Shown here in pieces: positions 28,217-39,157 of a stretch of DNA of 64,000 nt (position 1 is its first letter; each line of letters starts with the position of its first letter). The notes beneath the pieces are model-generated. The model worked only from the letters and a program-made list of their open reading frames with translations, made no database searches and was not told the DNA's origin. The position numbers were made by a program, and so were the translations under genes. The DNA comes from an uncultured Capnocytophaga sp. (GTDB lineage Bacteria; Bacteroidota; Bacteroidia; Flavobacteriales; Flavobacteriaceae): positions 1,086-65,085 of the forward strand of contig CAUREJ010000003.1 in the NCBI GenBank assembly GCA_963523735.1. The letters run 5' to 3'.

Positions 28217-30286
28217 CTACTTTTCGGTTGTGAAAGTAGGAGCTGGCAGATTAGCCTCATTCACTAAGTTAGCATCAGTAACAGGGCTCCACCCAAAACG
28301 CACTTGGGTTGGTATACGCACTTCGGGGCAGCTTACCTTTACTTCTCCGTCTATTATCTCGGCAGTAGCAGGGTAAAAAAGACCATTCCCCCCCGATAGT
28401 TCAAAACCGCGCAAGGCTTTGCCATCGGCACTATGCAGCCCCTTAGCATAGTCAAAGGTTACAAAAGCAGCCCCTTCGGCATAACGCACACTTTTGAACA
28501 GAGGTCCCGAAGGAGTAACATCAGCCCTATTATAAGTCTTGTTCAAAGCCCAGTATGCCAAACGCTCACCTATAGGACGTTTGTTTTTAGGGTGCACATC
28601 GGTAGGGTTACCGTGGTCATACGCTACAGCCATACCACTGTAAGGCACTTCGGTAAGCATTCGGCGTTGGCTATCGCGAAACCAACCCCACGAGGGTCTG
28701 TTAATACTTGATAACTGCACGTAGTAGAAAGGCATTTGGGCATTGCCAAAATAAGAACGCCAACTCTTTACCAACAAAGGGAATAACTTACTATGAGCAT
28801 CTTTATTATGGGCATTTGATTCCCCCTGATACCAAATCACCCCTCTGATAGAGAATTTTTCCAACGGGAGGATACCTGCTTCAAATAAATAAGCAGGCTC
28901 ATAAGGGTGCCGCTGTAGCTTGTCGTCACTCTTTTTAATATTCTGAGAAGCACGTGAGCGTACCCAATCCATTATAAAATCATTGTCACGCCAGTTGTAC
29001 AATATGGCAGGGAAGTTGTATTCTAAAGTATTACGGTCAATCCAAGCCTCAGTAGGAGCACCTCCTATAGCATTGCAGATAAGCCCTATAGGCATATCCA
29101 AGTCCTTTTGTAGTGTTTTGCCAAAGTAATAAGCCACAGCCGAGAAGTTGTTCACAGCCTTAGGAGTACACACCTCCCATTTAACAGGCTTGTAGTACTG
29201 TAACATATTCAGTGAATCCAGCACCGATTTGTTCCACTCCACAGGGTCGGTACGCCAACGGGCTTTCATATCGAACAAACGAATATTAGGGTTGTTAGCT
29301 TGCGGTATATCCTTACCACCTGTAGAGGTTTGTATCATATAAAACTCCATATTCGATTGTCCCGAGCAAAGCCATACCTCACCAGCGGCTACATTTGTAA
29401 AGGTGCGTTTGTCTTTACCAGCCGCTATAGTAAGAGTATAAACTTCTTTAGCGCGCAGAGGGTCTAAGGTTACAGCCCATTTGCCATTGGTATCGGCTAT
29501 AGCACTATGTTGTTGATTGCCTATTTTTACCTCAATCTTAGTACCTGTATTGGCTATGCCGTGTAGGGTAAGCGGAATGCCGTGCTGTAGTACCATATTG
29601 TTAGTGTATATTTCGGGCAGTTGTAAGCCTCCGTAGTTACCAGTAATACCACTGTACACTATTTGGGCTAATATAGCAGCCCCTTTATTGTTAGGGTGTA
29701 CGGCATCGGGTAGCATTTGGGGGTAGTGGTACATAGGTTCGTGAAAATCGATAAGCTGTACTTCGGCTTCCTTAGCTACCACCTCTATTGCTTGCTGAAT
29801 TTCGGAATGCCAATCACGTGTACCCGACTCAAAACGCTTATGGCGGTGCGCCAAAGGTGTCATACGGGCAATGATAATGCGTGCCTTAGGATTTACCTTT
29901 TTAAATGAATCAATAAGAGAAAGGTAGTCCTTTACAAAATCATCGCGGTAGTTAGGCCAGTTACGTGGGTCGGTATCGTTAATGCCCAAGTGAATAACTA
30001 CTATATCACCCGCAAAGGCAAGAGCTTTTTTGTACTCTTCTTGCTGAATGTAAGGTTTGTGACCTTTGCTAAGCAGTGTAGCCCCCGAGTAGCCAAAGTT
30101 TCCAACTTCGTACCCTTTTCCTAAAAGACGTTGTAATACCGAAGGATAACTATTTTGTTCACGATTATCAATTCCATAACCATAAGTGATACTATTGCCC
30201 ACACAAGCTACTTTTACAGATTTTTTCTGTGCCCAAGTGAAGGCACTAATCAGTAATATACTGATAAGGAATAGTTGCTTTTTCAT
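28217..30286 (-). CDS. Sialate O-acetylesterase with N-terminal GDSL/SGNH domain
   Basis: VACVGNSIT, GEVWLCSGQSNM, IWYQGESN, DVHPKNK. Confidence 0.9.
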   Translation of the reverse strand: MKKQLFLISILLISAFTWAQKKSVKVACVGNSITYGYGIDNREQNSYPSVLQRLLGKGYEVGNFGYSGATLLSKGHKPYIQQEEYKKALAFAGDIVVIHLGINDTDPRNWPNYRDDFVKDYLSLIDSFKKVNPKARIIIARMTPLAHRHKRFESGTRDWHSEIQQAIEVVAKEAEVQLIDFHEPMYHYPQMLPDAVHPNNKGAAILAQIVYSGITGNYGGLQLPEIYTNNMVLQHGIPLTLHGIANTGTKIEVKIGNQQHSAIADTNGKWAVTLDPLRAKEVYTLTIAAGKDKRTFTNVAAGEVWLCSGQSNMEFYMIQTSTGGKDIPQANNPNIRLFDMKARWRTDPVEWNKSVLDSLNMLQYYKPVKWEVCTPKAVNNFSAVAYYFGKTLQKDLDMPIGLICNAIGGAPTEAWIDRNTLEYNFPAILYNWRDNDFIMDWVRSRASQNIKKSDDKLQRHPYEPAYLFEAGILPLEKFSIRGVIWYQGESNAHNKDAHSKLFPLLVKSWRSYFGNAQMPFYYVQLSSINRPSWGWFRDSQRRMLTEVPYSGMAVAYDHGNPTDVHPKNKRPIGERLAYWALNKTYNRADVTPSGPLFKSVRYAEGAAFVTFDYAKGLHSADGKALRGFELSGGNGLFYPATAEIIDGEVKVSCPEVRIPTQVRFGWSPVTDANLVNEANLPAPTFTTEK

Positions 30287-30320
30287 TGTTTGATAATTAA
30301 ATTTTAGCATAACAATTATT

Positions 30321-30779
30321 CTAATTTATACCCCCTATTTTTACAAGACTACCTAATATTACCATTATGACTCCTATAAGGGTAACACAAGTAATATGCA
30401 CTGCCATTTCGGGTAATTTATTAATATTGCCTTTTTTTAATTGTGGGATAACTCTTGTTTTTGCCGATATAGCAAAGCATACTGAAGTAAAAAAGCACAA
30501 CAGTTTTAAAGATACTACCCGTTCAATAGGCATACTGAATGAAAACCAAGTGCTTAAATCGGGATTGTAGTCATAAGCCAATAGCAAACCTGTAATTATA
30601 AGCACTGCTAATGAGGGCATCCCTATGGGTTCATAAGTTTTTTCAAAATTGGCAATATAGCTAAAATCTTTATGTTTTAATGATTTAGGCATAAAACCTA
30701 TTGCCAGAACCAAGTGTCCGCCAACCCAAATAGTAGCGGCAATAATATGAATGATGAGAAGCGTGTGATGTATGTACAT
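30321..30779 (-). CDS. CopD-like four-TM membrane protein
   Basis: HIIAATIWVGG motif; four hydrophobic segments. Confidence 0.7.
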   Translation of the reverse strand: MYIHHTLLIIHIIAATIWVGGHLVLAIGFMPKSLKHKDFSYIANFEKTYEPIGMPSLAVLIITGLLLAYDYNPDLSTWFSFSMPIERVVSLKLLCFFTSVCFAISAKTRVIPQLKKGNINKLPEMAVHITCVTLIGVIMVILGSLVKIGGIN

Positions 30780-30827
30780 AGCTTGTTGATTTTAGGAGAT
30801 AAACTGTTAGTATTGTGATAGTAACAG

Positions 30828-31394
30828 CTATTTGTTATTAAAACTATTCATTGTAATTTGTAAGCCTGCTAAGCCGTATGATAGTGCAGCTTCGGCACAT
30901 TTGTCAAGGCGTTCGGGTAAGAGGGCTTTCTCTTCGGCAGTCCACTCTCCCAATACGTAGTCAATTTGTTTTCCCGATTCAAAATTACTACTGATACCAA
31001 AGCGTAAGCGGGCATAGTTTTGAGTATTTAGCTGGGCTTGTATATCTTTCAGTCCGTTGTGGCCTCCGTCACTACCTTTACCTTTTAGGCGGATAGTACC
31101 AAAGGGAATATTTAAATCGTCGGTAATGACAAGTAAATTCTCTATGGGGATATTCTCTTTTTCTAACCAATAACGCACGGCTTTACCGCTGAGGTTCATA
31201 TAAGTAGTAGGTTTCAGCAATATAAAAGTTCGCCCTTTCACTTTAATTTCGGCTATATAACCTAAGCGTTCAATGCTAAATGTAGCATTGTGAGCTTGGG
31301 CTAAGGTATCGGCTACCAAAAAACCTATATTATGACGGGTATGAGCGTATTCGGCTCCTATATTTCCTAAGCAGGCTATTAAATATTTTTTCAT
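30828..31394 (-). CDS. pth: Peptidyl-tRNA hydrolase
   Basis: [29 protein letters not shown]. Confidence 0.97.
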   Translation of the reverse strand: MKKYLIACLGNIGAEYAHTRHNIGFLVADTLAQAHNATFSIERLGYIAEIKVKGRTFILLKPTTYMNLSGKAVRYWLEKENIPIENLLVITDDLNIPFGTIRLKGKGSDGGHNGLKDIQAQLNTQNYARLRFGISSNFESGKQIDYVLGEWTAEEKALLPERLDKCAEAALSYGLAGLQITMNSFNNK

Positions 31395-31445
31395 AGTGCA
31401 AAGATAGTGATTTTTTATCAAATAACAATATTATTTTTTCTTTGC

Positions 31446-32750
31446 TTATTTTACTGGCTCTCCGTACAAATCGTAATCGGCAGCATCGATTATTTTTACT
31501 TCGGCAAAATCTCCTATTTTTATATAGTGTTTTTTGGCGTCTATAAGAACTTCATTATCTACATCGGGTGAGTCGTACTCGGTACGCCCTACAAAGTAAT
31601 TACCTTCTTTGCGGTCGATAAGGCAACGGAAAGTTTTGCCTATCTTCTGTTGGTTTAGTTCCCACGATATTTGCGATTGTAAGTCCATAATTTCATTGGC
31701 TCGGGCTATCTTCACTTCTTCGGGTACATCGTCTGCCAAATCATACGCTGCTGTGTTCTCTTCGTGGCTGTAGGTAAAGCATCCTAAACGGTCAAAACGC
31801 ATTTCTTTAACAAACTCTTTAAGTGCTTGAAAATCTTCTTCCGTTTCACCAGGGTAGCCTACTATTAGAGTGGTACGTATAGCCATTTCGGGGACTGCTT
31901 CACGGAATTTTGTAAGCAGTTTAGTGGTTTTTGCTTGGGTAGTACCTCGTTTCATACTTGCAAGTATCTTGTCGGAAATGTGTTGTAGAGGAATATCCAA
32001 GTAGTTACATATCTTAGGTTCGGCTTTTATTACTTCTAAAACATCCATAGGGAAGCCTGTTGGGAAGGCGTAGTGAATGCGTATCCACTCAATCCCCTCT
32101 ACTTTCACTAAGGCGCGTAGCAGGTCGGCAAGGGCGCGTTTTTGGTACAAATCAAGTCCGTAATAGGTAATATCTTGTGCTATCAGTATGAGTTCTTTTA
32201 CTCCTTTAGCTGCCAGCTTTTCTGCCTCAATAACTAAAGCCTCGATAGGGGTTGAAAGGTGCGCGCCGCGCATCAGAGGGATAGCGCAGAAACTACAAGG
32301 GCGGTCGCACCCTTCCGATATTTTTAGGTAGGCGTAGTTTTTAGGGGTTGTAGTAAGGCGTTCGCCTATCAGTTCGTGTTTGTAGTCGGCACCTAATACT
32401 TTTAGCAGGGCGGGCAGTTCACTCGTGCCAAAATACTGATCGACATCGGGAATTTCTTTTTCCAAATCGGGTTTATAACGTTCGGAGAGGCATCCCATTA
32501 CAAATACTTTATCTACTAAGCCTTCTTCTTTCTGTTGTACGTACTCTAATATCGTATTAATACTTTCTTCTTTAGCATTATTGATGAATCCGCAGGTGTT
32601 TATCACAACGATATTTCCTTTTTTTTCGTGTACTACTTCTTTGCCGCCTGCTTTTAGTTGCCCCATTAGCACTTCACTGTCGTACACGTTTTTTGAGCAA
32701 CCTAAGGTTACTACATTAATCACATTTTTTTTTATACTTCTTGTTCTCAT
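31446..32750 (-). CDS. rimO: Ribosomal protein S12 methylthiotransferase
   Basis: LGCSKN, NTCGFI, EGCDRPCSFCAIP, C-terminal TRAM domain. Confidence 0.96.
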   Translation of the reverse strand: MRTRSIKKNVINVVTLGCSKNVYDSEVLMGQLKAGGKEVVHEKKGNIVVINTCGFINNAKEESINTILEYVQQKEEGLVDKVFVMGCLSERYKPDLEKEIPDVDQYFGTSELPALLKVLGADYKHELIGERLTTTPKNYAYLKISEGCDRPCSFCAIPLMRGAHLSTPIEALVIEAEKLAAKGVKELILIAQDITYYGLDLYQKRALADLLRALVKVEGIEWIRIHYAFPTGFPMDVLEVIKAEPKICNYLDIPLQHISDKILASMKRGTTQAKTTKLLTKFREAVPEMAIRTTLIVGYPGETEEDFQALKEFVKEMRFDRLGCFTYSHEENTAAYDLADDVPEEVKIARANEIMDLQSQISWELNQQKIGKTFRCLIDRKEGNYFVGRTEYDSPDVDNEVLIDAKKHYIKIGDFAEVKIIDAADYDLYGEPVK

Positions 32751-32870
32751 TTCCTTTTTGTGTTTGTTTTCAAATAAAAAACAGCCCTACAAAGTAAGGC
32801 TGCTTTTTTAAAAATCTTTAAAACCATGTCTAACTCAGAAAACATTCAATTGTAGGTAGTCTTCCAAAAT

Positions 32871-32948
<78 letters not shown>

Positions 32949-33099
32949 ATTTCTATTTTTCGGGTGCAAAGATACTGCCTTTTTTTTATTCTACCAAATT
33001 TTTTACCAATTATTTTTCTTCTAAAAGTAAGATTAGCTATATTAGGTATTGATAATTAGGAGGTTGTGTTGTTAAAATCAGTTTAAACGTCTCTTTTTA

Positions 33100-33816
33100 T
33101 TACCCCACGATTAAGATTTCATCTTCTTCTAATAAAGGTTCGTTTCGGAAACGCAAAAGCAACTGTGCTACAGTAATGGTGTCTTTTTCACAATAGGTAG
33201 CAATACGGTCTATATCGTTTTCTTCATAATATACATTGCGTACTTCACTGCCATCAATATCGTCCTTAGGTGAGGGAACGCCCAGTGTATGAGCTAAAAG
33301 TTTTAATGAGGTATAATGCTTATAATCACCAAATTTCCACATTTCTAAGGTGTCTAAATGCGGAACTTCCCAAGGTTTTTTGCCGAAAAGTTGCAGTTTT
33401 TGAGGAATGGTTATGCCGTTGATAATCATTCGGCGAGACAAATACGGAAAATCGAACTCTTTGCCATTATGGGCGCAAAACAGCTTATTAGGGCGTGAAA
33501 AATGTTCTTCTACCAACCGTACAAAATCTTTTAGTAATTTTCTTTCCTCTCCTATAAACGACCGTACCCTAAAGGTTCGTTGTTGGTGGCGAAATGAAAA
33601 ATAACCTACTGATATACAGACTATTTTGCCAAACTCTGCCCATATTCCTGCACGTGAGTAATACTCTTCGGCTGTAAAATCGTCTTTGCGCAAGTAGCGT
33701 GTTTTTTCATCCCATAGCAGCTGTTCTTCGGCTGTTAGTTCTGAGTACAATTTATGCTGAGGTACTGTTTCTATATCAATAAAAAGAATATCTTCAAGAT
33801 TTATTTTATTAAGCAT
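33100..33816 (-). CDS. PolB-like 3'-5' exonuclease
   Basis: DIETVP, HNGKEFDFP, YCEKD (DEDDy). Confidence 0.9.
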   Translation of the reverse strand: MLNKINLEDILFIDIETVPQHKLYSELTAEEQLLWDEKTRYLRKDDFTAEEYYSRAGIWAEFGKIVCISVGYFSFRHQQRTFRVRSFIGEERKLLKDFVRLVEEHFSRPNKLFCAHNGKEFDFPYLSRRMIINGITIPQKLQLFGKKPWEVPHLDTLEMWKFGDYKHYTSLKLLAHTLGVPSPKDDIDGSEVRNVYYEENDIDRIATYCEKDTITVAQLLLRFRNEPLLEEDEILIVG

Positions 33817-33873
33817 ATTTTTAGTGATTAATTATTAGGTATGCTGGATTTTAGTCCGTTTGGGTTACACTAA

Positions 33874-35031
33874 TTAGGTATTGAACTTATCTGATTTTCT
33901 TTGTAAGTTCCCTGAAAACTTTAGCCCCAAGTAGGTGACTATTCCCAGTAGTGCCGATACGGTGACCGCCAGCACTAAGCTACCCACCACATATTGTAAT
34001 AAGTTACTCAGCACGTATTCTTTGGTAATTTCTCCGCTATCGGGCAGCACGCTTCCTCCTACAAACCACGAGCCTATTTTTAACGAGCTGAAGAACAACA
34101 CGGGTATCATTGGCGGAATACTCAAGTTTGAGAATACGAAAGCCAAGGCTTTGTTCAGCTTGAAGAAGACTGCCAAACTGAGTGTTAGCACTGTTTGGAG
34201 TCCCCAAAAAGGCGATAGTCCAAAAAAAGCCCCCAGAGCTACTGAATAGGCTTTGACCTCGTGGCTGCTGTCACTCTCTAAAATATTTTCTTTTACAAAT
34301 TGTTTTATGCTCTTTTTCTTAGCCTCACGAATAAAATCACGTGGTTTGATGTAGAATAAGGCTATCAGTACTAATATACTGTTCAGCACACTGATGCGTG
34401 TAAAATCGGTTAATGGGCGAAAGTGGCTCACACGTTCTTTTTCGTCGTAAAGCACTTGTATAGGGACATTTTTTACGGTAACCCCTCGCCAACTGCTACG
34501 CACTAATACTTCTATCTCGAACTCGAATTTTTTAGTGTAATACTTTTTGGGAATAGCCTCCAGAGGGTATAACCTAAAGCCCGACTGGGTGTCGGCTAAG
34601 CGTACTCCTGTTTCTATATGGAACCAAAAGTTAGAAAAGCGATGCCCAAAACTACTTTTCTTAGGCACCCCTTCTTGTGCCATATTCCGACTGCCTACCA
34701 GCAGCACCGGTGAGGGTTCTTGGGCAGCGGCTTCTATGAAAGCAGGAATATCATCGGGGTAGTGTTGCCCGTCGGAGTCGATAGTAAGGGCATAGTGGTA
34801 TCCTAAGGCTCTTGCTTTTTCAAAACCTACTTGCAGCGCATTGCCTTTGCCTTTGTTTTTAGGCAATGTAACAACCGTAATATGAGGGTATTGCTTTAAA
34901 ATAGCTGCAGTATCATCGGTAGCACCATCGTTCACTACCAATACATTTTGGCAGTGTTGCAATACACCCTCTATCACACGACTAAGGGTTTTGGCGTTGT
35001 TATATGTGGGAATTAACACACAGTAATTCAT
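33874..35031 (-). CDS. GT2 glycosyltransferase fused to a DUF2062 membrane domain
   Basis: IPTYNN, VVNDG, DSDGQH, DTQSGFRLYP; hydrophobic C-terminus. Confidence 0.9.
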   Translation of the reverse strand: MNYCVLIPTYNNAKTLSRVIEGVLQHCQNVLVVNDGATDDTAAILKQYPHITVVTLPKNKGKGNALQVGFEKARALGYHYALTIDSDGQHYPDDIPAFIEAAAQEPSPVLLVGSRNMAQEGVPKKSSFGHRFSNFWFHIETGVRLADTQSGFRLYPLEAIPKKYYTKKFEFEIEVLVRSSWRGVTVKNVPIQVLYDEKERVSHFRPLTDFTRISVLNSILVLIALFYIKPRDFIREAKKKSIKQFVKENILESDSSHEVKAYSVALGAFFGLSPFWGLQTVLTLSLAVFFKLNKALAFVFSNLSIPPMIPVLFFSSLKIGSWFVGGSVLPDSGEITKEYVLSNLLQYVVGSLVLAVTVSALLGIVTYLGLKFSGNLQRKSDKFNT

Positions 35032-35046
35032 AAGGATTTCTTGAGA

Positions 35047-35493
35047 TTATTGCTCTAAAAAATGGGAGATATAGGCTTGTAAATTGGTTGTTTGTGTTGC
35101 TTTGTTAGCCTTAAGAAAAGCCTTGTCGGCTGTTATATGGCTCCTGTAAGGTACCGTTTTGGGCAAGTTTTGCTGCACAGTAAGGCGTATTAGGTGTAGT
35201 TCGGCATTCTCAGGTTGTTGTTGTAAAGCGTCTTCTATCAGTGATTTACCTTCTTTTAGCAAAGCGGCTCGTTTGCCTGTGAACTTAGCCAATATCATCT
35301 TGCTTGCTCCTTTATAAGCTTGTAGTACTACATCGGTAGTTGGGGCAGTACTCATCATTTCGGCAAAGGCTATTGCTTGTTCCTTACTTTCGGAAGCCGT
35401 AGGGTATACCACTCGCACTTCTTTTAGTGATTGCCCTTGTAACCATAGTGTTCCGCTCATCAAAAATATCAAAAATATCAAGCCTTTTTTCAT
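35047..35493 (-). CDS. Hypothetical secreted protein
   Basis: Signal peptide; helical TPR-like core. Confidence 0.7.
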   Translation of the reverse strand: MKKGLIFLIFLMSGTLWLQGQSLKEVRVVYPTASESKEQAIAFAEMMSTAPTTDVVLQAYKGASKMILAKFTGKRAALLKEGKSLIEDALQQQPENAELHLIRLTVQQNLPKTVPYRSHITADKAFLKANKATQTTNLQAYISHFLEQ

Positions 35494-35512
35494 AACTTCT
35501 TTTATCTTTATG

Positions 35513-36262
35513 TTACCTTTTGTTTTTTACTTCGGGCAGATACTGCCAATACCGCTTGGGCATATTGCGCTGCTGGTACCTACTATTCTTGCGTTCTTCA
35601 ATATTAATATGCTTAAAGTATGTTTTCCACAGCTTTTCATAACTCTCATCGGAAGCGTTAACTACCTTTCCAAAATTCTTATCGGCGGGAGTGAATAGAT
35701 TTACACGTTGCAGGTCATACACAAAACCGTAATTGCGTTCAGGGTCAAAAAGTACCCATTGCTGGTCGGAAAACCGAGCTTTAAAATGAGAAACTACTAA
35801 GGGTAGCACATCGTAATACGGACTTATCTTCGCAAAATACAAATCGCCCACACGTTCAAAACGTACAAACTCTTTCATTCGGTGTACCTCTCGGCTCACG
35901 CTTTTAGCAGCTTTCCTGATAGCCAATATCGAGGGGTTGCCAAAGTTATCCAATACTTTTTCATTGGGGTATTGTAGTAATAGCCGGACAGTTTCTAACA
36001 AGTGGTTTTCAATATCTTTTTCTTCTGAAATAAAAGCTTTTAAAAAAATACTACTACCTTCACTACCCGCAAGGCTCTCTATTTTGCTCAGTACCCGTTG
36101 GGCTTTAGCGACATCGGTATATACTTTTTGCTCTTCGGTAAAAAGCATAGGGGCAAAAGCCTGTTCCGATACAATGCACACTTGGCTATAGCGGTATTCA
36201 AACACCATAAAAACAGCTGTTAAAAAGCCCTCGTAACTACCATTATATACTAAATGAACCAA
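35513..36262 (-). CDS. TIGR03915/DUF4130 putative DNA-metabolism protein
   Basis: YNGSYEGFLTAVF, REVHRMKEFVRF, MPKRYWQYLPE. Confidence 0.9.
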   Translation of the reverse strand: MVHLVYNGSYEGFLTAVFMVFEYRYSQVCIVSEQAFAPMLFTEEQKVYTDVAKAQRVLSKIESLAGSEGSSIFLKAFISEEKDIENHLLETVRLLLQYPNEKVLDNFGNPSILAIRKAAKSVSREVHRMKEFVRFERVGDLYFAKISPYYDVLPLVVSHFKARFSDQQWVLFDPERNYGFVYDLQRVNLFTPADKNFGKVVNASDESYEKLWKTYFKHINIEERKNSRYQQRNMPKRYWQYLPEVKNKR

Positions 36263-36274
36263 AATAGAAGAAGA

Positions 36275-37534
36275 TTAGAAAAGAGATAACTGTCCCGTAA
36301 AAAGTTCTTTGTGCTTACTATGGCTGTTACCAATAATAAGCTGCCGAAGTTTTAGGCTATCCATAGAGCCTGCCAAAGGAGTAGCTCCCGAACAGTTAAT
36401 GAAGTACTTAGCCCTGTGTAGGCTCACCCCCATCTGTTTTAGCCCATAGTAAGTAATTTTCTGGAAAGTACGTGCAGCTAATATTTTCTGTACCGACCGC
36501 ACCCCAACCCCAGGTATGCGTAACAGTAATTCACGTGGGGCAGTATTCACATCAATCGGGAAAAGATGTGGGTGCCTAAGTGCCCACGCCAGTTTAGGGT
36601 CTATTTCAAGGTCGAGAAAAGGCTGCCGTTGGTCAAGTATTTCATTAGGGGCAAAGCCATAGTAGCGCATCAGCCAGTCGGCTTGGTAAAGGCGGTTTTC
36701 TCTCACTATAGGCACTTGGCTGTGTACCGACGGCAAACGGCTATCCGAAAGCACTGGCACATAACCCGAGTAGTACACGCGTTTTAGCTGTAGTTTGTTG
36801 TACATATAGCTCGCTACATTAATGATTTTCTGGTCTGTTTCATTGGTAGCACCAATAATCATCTGTGTAGTCTGTCCTGCAGGGGCAAATTTAGGAGTAT
36901 GCCTAAATTTCTTCTTGTCAAGGGCTGTAATAGCCAACTCGTTTTTTACGTGTTGTATATGGGTTACCATTTGCTGGTGGTCTTTCTCCGGAGCAAGGAG
37001 TTTGAGCCCCTCTTTGGTCGGAATTTCAAGATTGATAGATAGCCTATCGGCGTATAAGCCAGCCTCGTGTATCAGCTCTTCACTGGCACCAGGTATGGTT
37101 TTTAGGTGGATATAGCCATTAAAACGTTCTTCCAAACGCAGTTTCTTAGCTACTCTCACCAAGCGTTCCATAGTAGTATTAGCATCTTTAAATACGCCTG
37201 AACTCAAAAAGAGTCCTTCTATGTAATTCCTCCTGTAGAAGTTAATAGTCAAATCCACCACCTCTTCTACCGTGAAAGCTGCTCGCTGTATGTCATTACT
37301 TCGGCGTGATACGCAGTACACACAGTCGTAAATGCAGTGGTTAGTAAGCAGAATTTTAAGCAGCGAAATACATCTGCCATCATCGGTAAATGAATGGCAG
37401 ATACCAAGATTAGCCGCATTGCCCAATGCCCCTTTTACTCCCTTGCGGTTGCTACCGCTGCTTGAGCACGACACATCGTATTTAGCAGCATCGGCAAGTA
37501 TAGCCAATTTTTCTTTAATGCGCTCAAAATCCAT
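36275..37534 (-). CDS. Putative DNA modification/repair radical SAM protein (TIGR03916)
   Basis: AKYDVSCSSSG, CIYDCVYC, RENRLYQADWL, HhH motif. Confidence 0.93.
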   Translation of the reverse strand: MDFERIKEKLAILADAAKYDVSCSSSGSNRKGVKGALGNAANLGICHSFTDDGRCISLLKILLTNHCIYDCVYCVSRRSNDIQRAAFTVEEVVDLTINFYRRNYIEGLFLSSGVFKDANTTMERLVRVAKKLRLEERFNGYIHLKTIPGASEELIHEAGLYADRLSINLEIPTKEGLKLLAPEKDHQQMVTHIQHVKNELAITALDKKKFRHTPKFAPAGQTTQMIIGATNETDQKIINVASYMYNKLQLKRVYYSGYVPVLSDSRLPSVHSQVPIVRENRLYQADWLMRYYGFAPNEILDQRQPFLDLEIDPKLAWALRHPHLFPIDVNTAPRELLLRIPGVGVRSVQKILAARTFQKITYYGLKQMGVSLHRAKYFINCSGATPLAGSMDSLKLRQLIIGNSHSKHKELFTGQLSLF

Positions 37535-37549
37535 ATAGTATCCCGCTGT

Positions 37550-38578
37550 TTATAACCTGCCCAAAGCACTGATAAGGGCTTCCACATTCTCATTGGGGGT
37601 AGCCCACGAAGTGATAAGTCTGATAGCAGTATGTTGTTTATCTATCTTTTTCCATTCATAAAAATCAAATTGCTTAGCAAGTTTTGCTATTTCCTCATTC
37701 TTCAGTATTGGGAATAACTGATTAGTGCAGGTTTTTGAAAGAAAACTTACTCCCTTAGCCTCGAAGGCAGTTTTTATGCGCTTCATCTGTTGGTTAGCCT
37801 GCCTACCCAATTGGTTGTAAAGGTCGTTTTGGAAAAGAGTCAGAAACTGCAATCCCAAAACCCTACCTTTAGCCAATAAAGCTCCTTTTTGTTTCACATA
37901 GTATGAAAAGCCGTTGCCAATAAACGGATTGTTAAACACAATAGCCTCACCTATTAAGGCTCCATTCTTAGTTCCGCCAATGTAAAAAGCATCGGTATAC
38001 CGAGCAAGGTCTTCCCATTGAATATCATTCTCATCAGCATTCAAAGCGTGTGCCAAACGTGCGCCGTCCATATATAGCAGCAAGTCTAAATCTTTGCAAC
38101 ACTGGTATAAAGCCTTTAGTTCCGATAGCGTATAAATAGACCCTACCTCTGTTGCATTGGTAATGTATACCACACGAGGCTTCACTTGGTGAGGGTAGTT
38201 AGTGTAGCGCGTGGCGTAATCGCGAATAGCCTCAACGGTTATTTTTCCGTTTACCGAAGGGGCTATATGTATTTTATGCCCCGTACCCTCAATAGCACCT
38301 GTTTCACTATCGGTAATATGAGCCGTTTCACAAGCAATAATACTCTCATAAGGGCGCAGTACATAGCCTAATACCAAAAGATTAGCCTGCGTGCCACCGC
38401 TTACAAAATACACTTGTGCTTCGGGTGAAGCAATACACTCTCGGATAAGGTTCTTAGCTTTGCTGCTGTACTCATCAAGTACATAGCCCGATTGCTGGCA
38501 TAGGTTTGTTTCCAGCATAGCTTGTAATATTGCAGGGTGCGCTCCTTCCGAATAGTCGTTTTTAAATGAAATCTTCAT
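37550..38578 (-). CDS. Low-specificity threonine aldolase-family PLP enzyme
   Basis: FKNDYSEGAHP, GGTQAN, MDGARL, IGGTKNG. Confidence 0.9.
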   Translation of the reverse strand: MKISFKNDYSEGAHPAILQAMLETNLCQQSGYVLDEYSSKAKNLIRECIASPEAQVYFVSGGTQANLLVLGYVLRPYESIIACETAHITDSETGAIEGTGHKIHIAPSVNGKITVEAIRDYATRYTNYPHQVKPRVVYITNATEVGSIYTLSELKALYQCCKDLDLLLYMDGARLAHALNADENDIQWEDLARYTDAFYIGGTKNGALIGEAIVFNNPFIGNGFSYYVKQKGALLAKGRVLGLQFLTLFQNDLYNQLGRQANQQMKRIKTAFEAKGVSFLSKTCTNQLFPILKNEEIAKLAKQFDFYEWKKIDKQHTAIRLITSWATPNENVEALISALGRL

Positions 38579-38584
38579 CGTTTA

Positions 38585-39133
38585 TCAGAAAATAGCCTCC
38601 AAGTCTTTTAGTAAAACAGCTTTCTTGTCTTTGTCCGATAACTGAATCACTTCAGCAGGTAGTTGCCAGTCAATACCTATAGCAGGGTCGTTCCAAAGCA
38701 CACTGCCTTCACTTTGGGGGGCGTAGTAGTTATCACATTTGTACTGAAAAACAGCCTCTTCACTAAGCACCGCAAAGCCGTGAGCAAACCCTTGTGGTAC
38801 AAAAAACTGACGCTTGTTCTCCTCAGTAAGTAATACCGATTCGTACTGCCCAAAGGTAGGTGAATTGCGGCGCAAATCTACCGCTACATCTAATACCGCT
38901 CCTTTCACTACCCTTACTAATTTAGATTGGGTGTAAGGGGGCTTCTGAAAGTGCAGTCCGCGCAGTACCCCGTATGATGATTTTGATTCGTTGTCCTGTA
39001 CAAAAGTAATAGGGGCTACTAATTCATTGAATCGCTGTTGTGAAAACGATTCAAAAAAATAACCACGCCCGTCAAAGAACACCTTAGGTTCAATGATTAC
39101 CAATCCTTCAATTTTTGTTTTAATTACATTCAT
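38585..39133 (-). CDS. rfbC: dTDP-4-dehydrorhamnose 3,5-epimerase
   Basis: DGRGYFFESF, VLRGLHFQ, GFAHGF. Confidence 0.96.
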   Translation of the reverse strand: MNVIKTKIEGLVIIEPKVFFDGRGYFFESFSQQRFNELVAPITFVQDNESKSSYGVLRGLHFQKPPYTQSKLVRVVKGAVLDVAVDLRRNSPTFGQYESVLLTEENKRQFFVPQGFAHGFAVLSEEAVFQYKCDNYYAPQSEGSVLWNDPAIGIDWQLPAEVIQLSDKDKKAVLLKDLEAIF

Positions 39134-39157
39134 AAATTTGTGCTATTTGCCCCATAT

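Noticed and set aside
35513..37534. Radical SAM + DUF4130 pair as a novel system
   Set aside because: A widespread, already catalogued gene pair (TIGR03916/TIGR03915).
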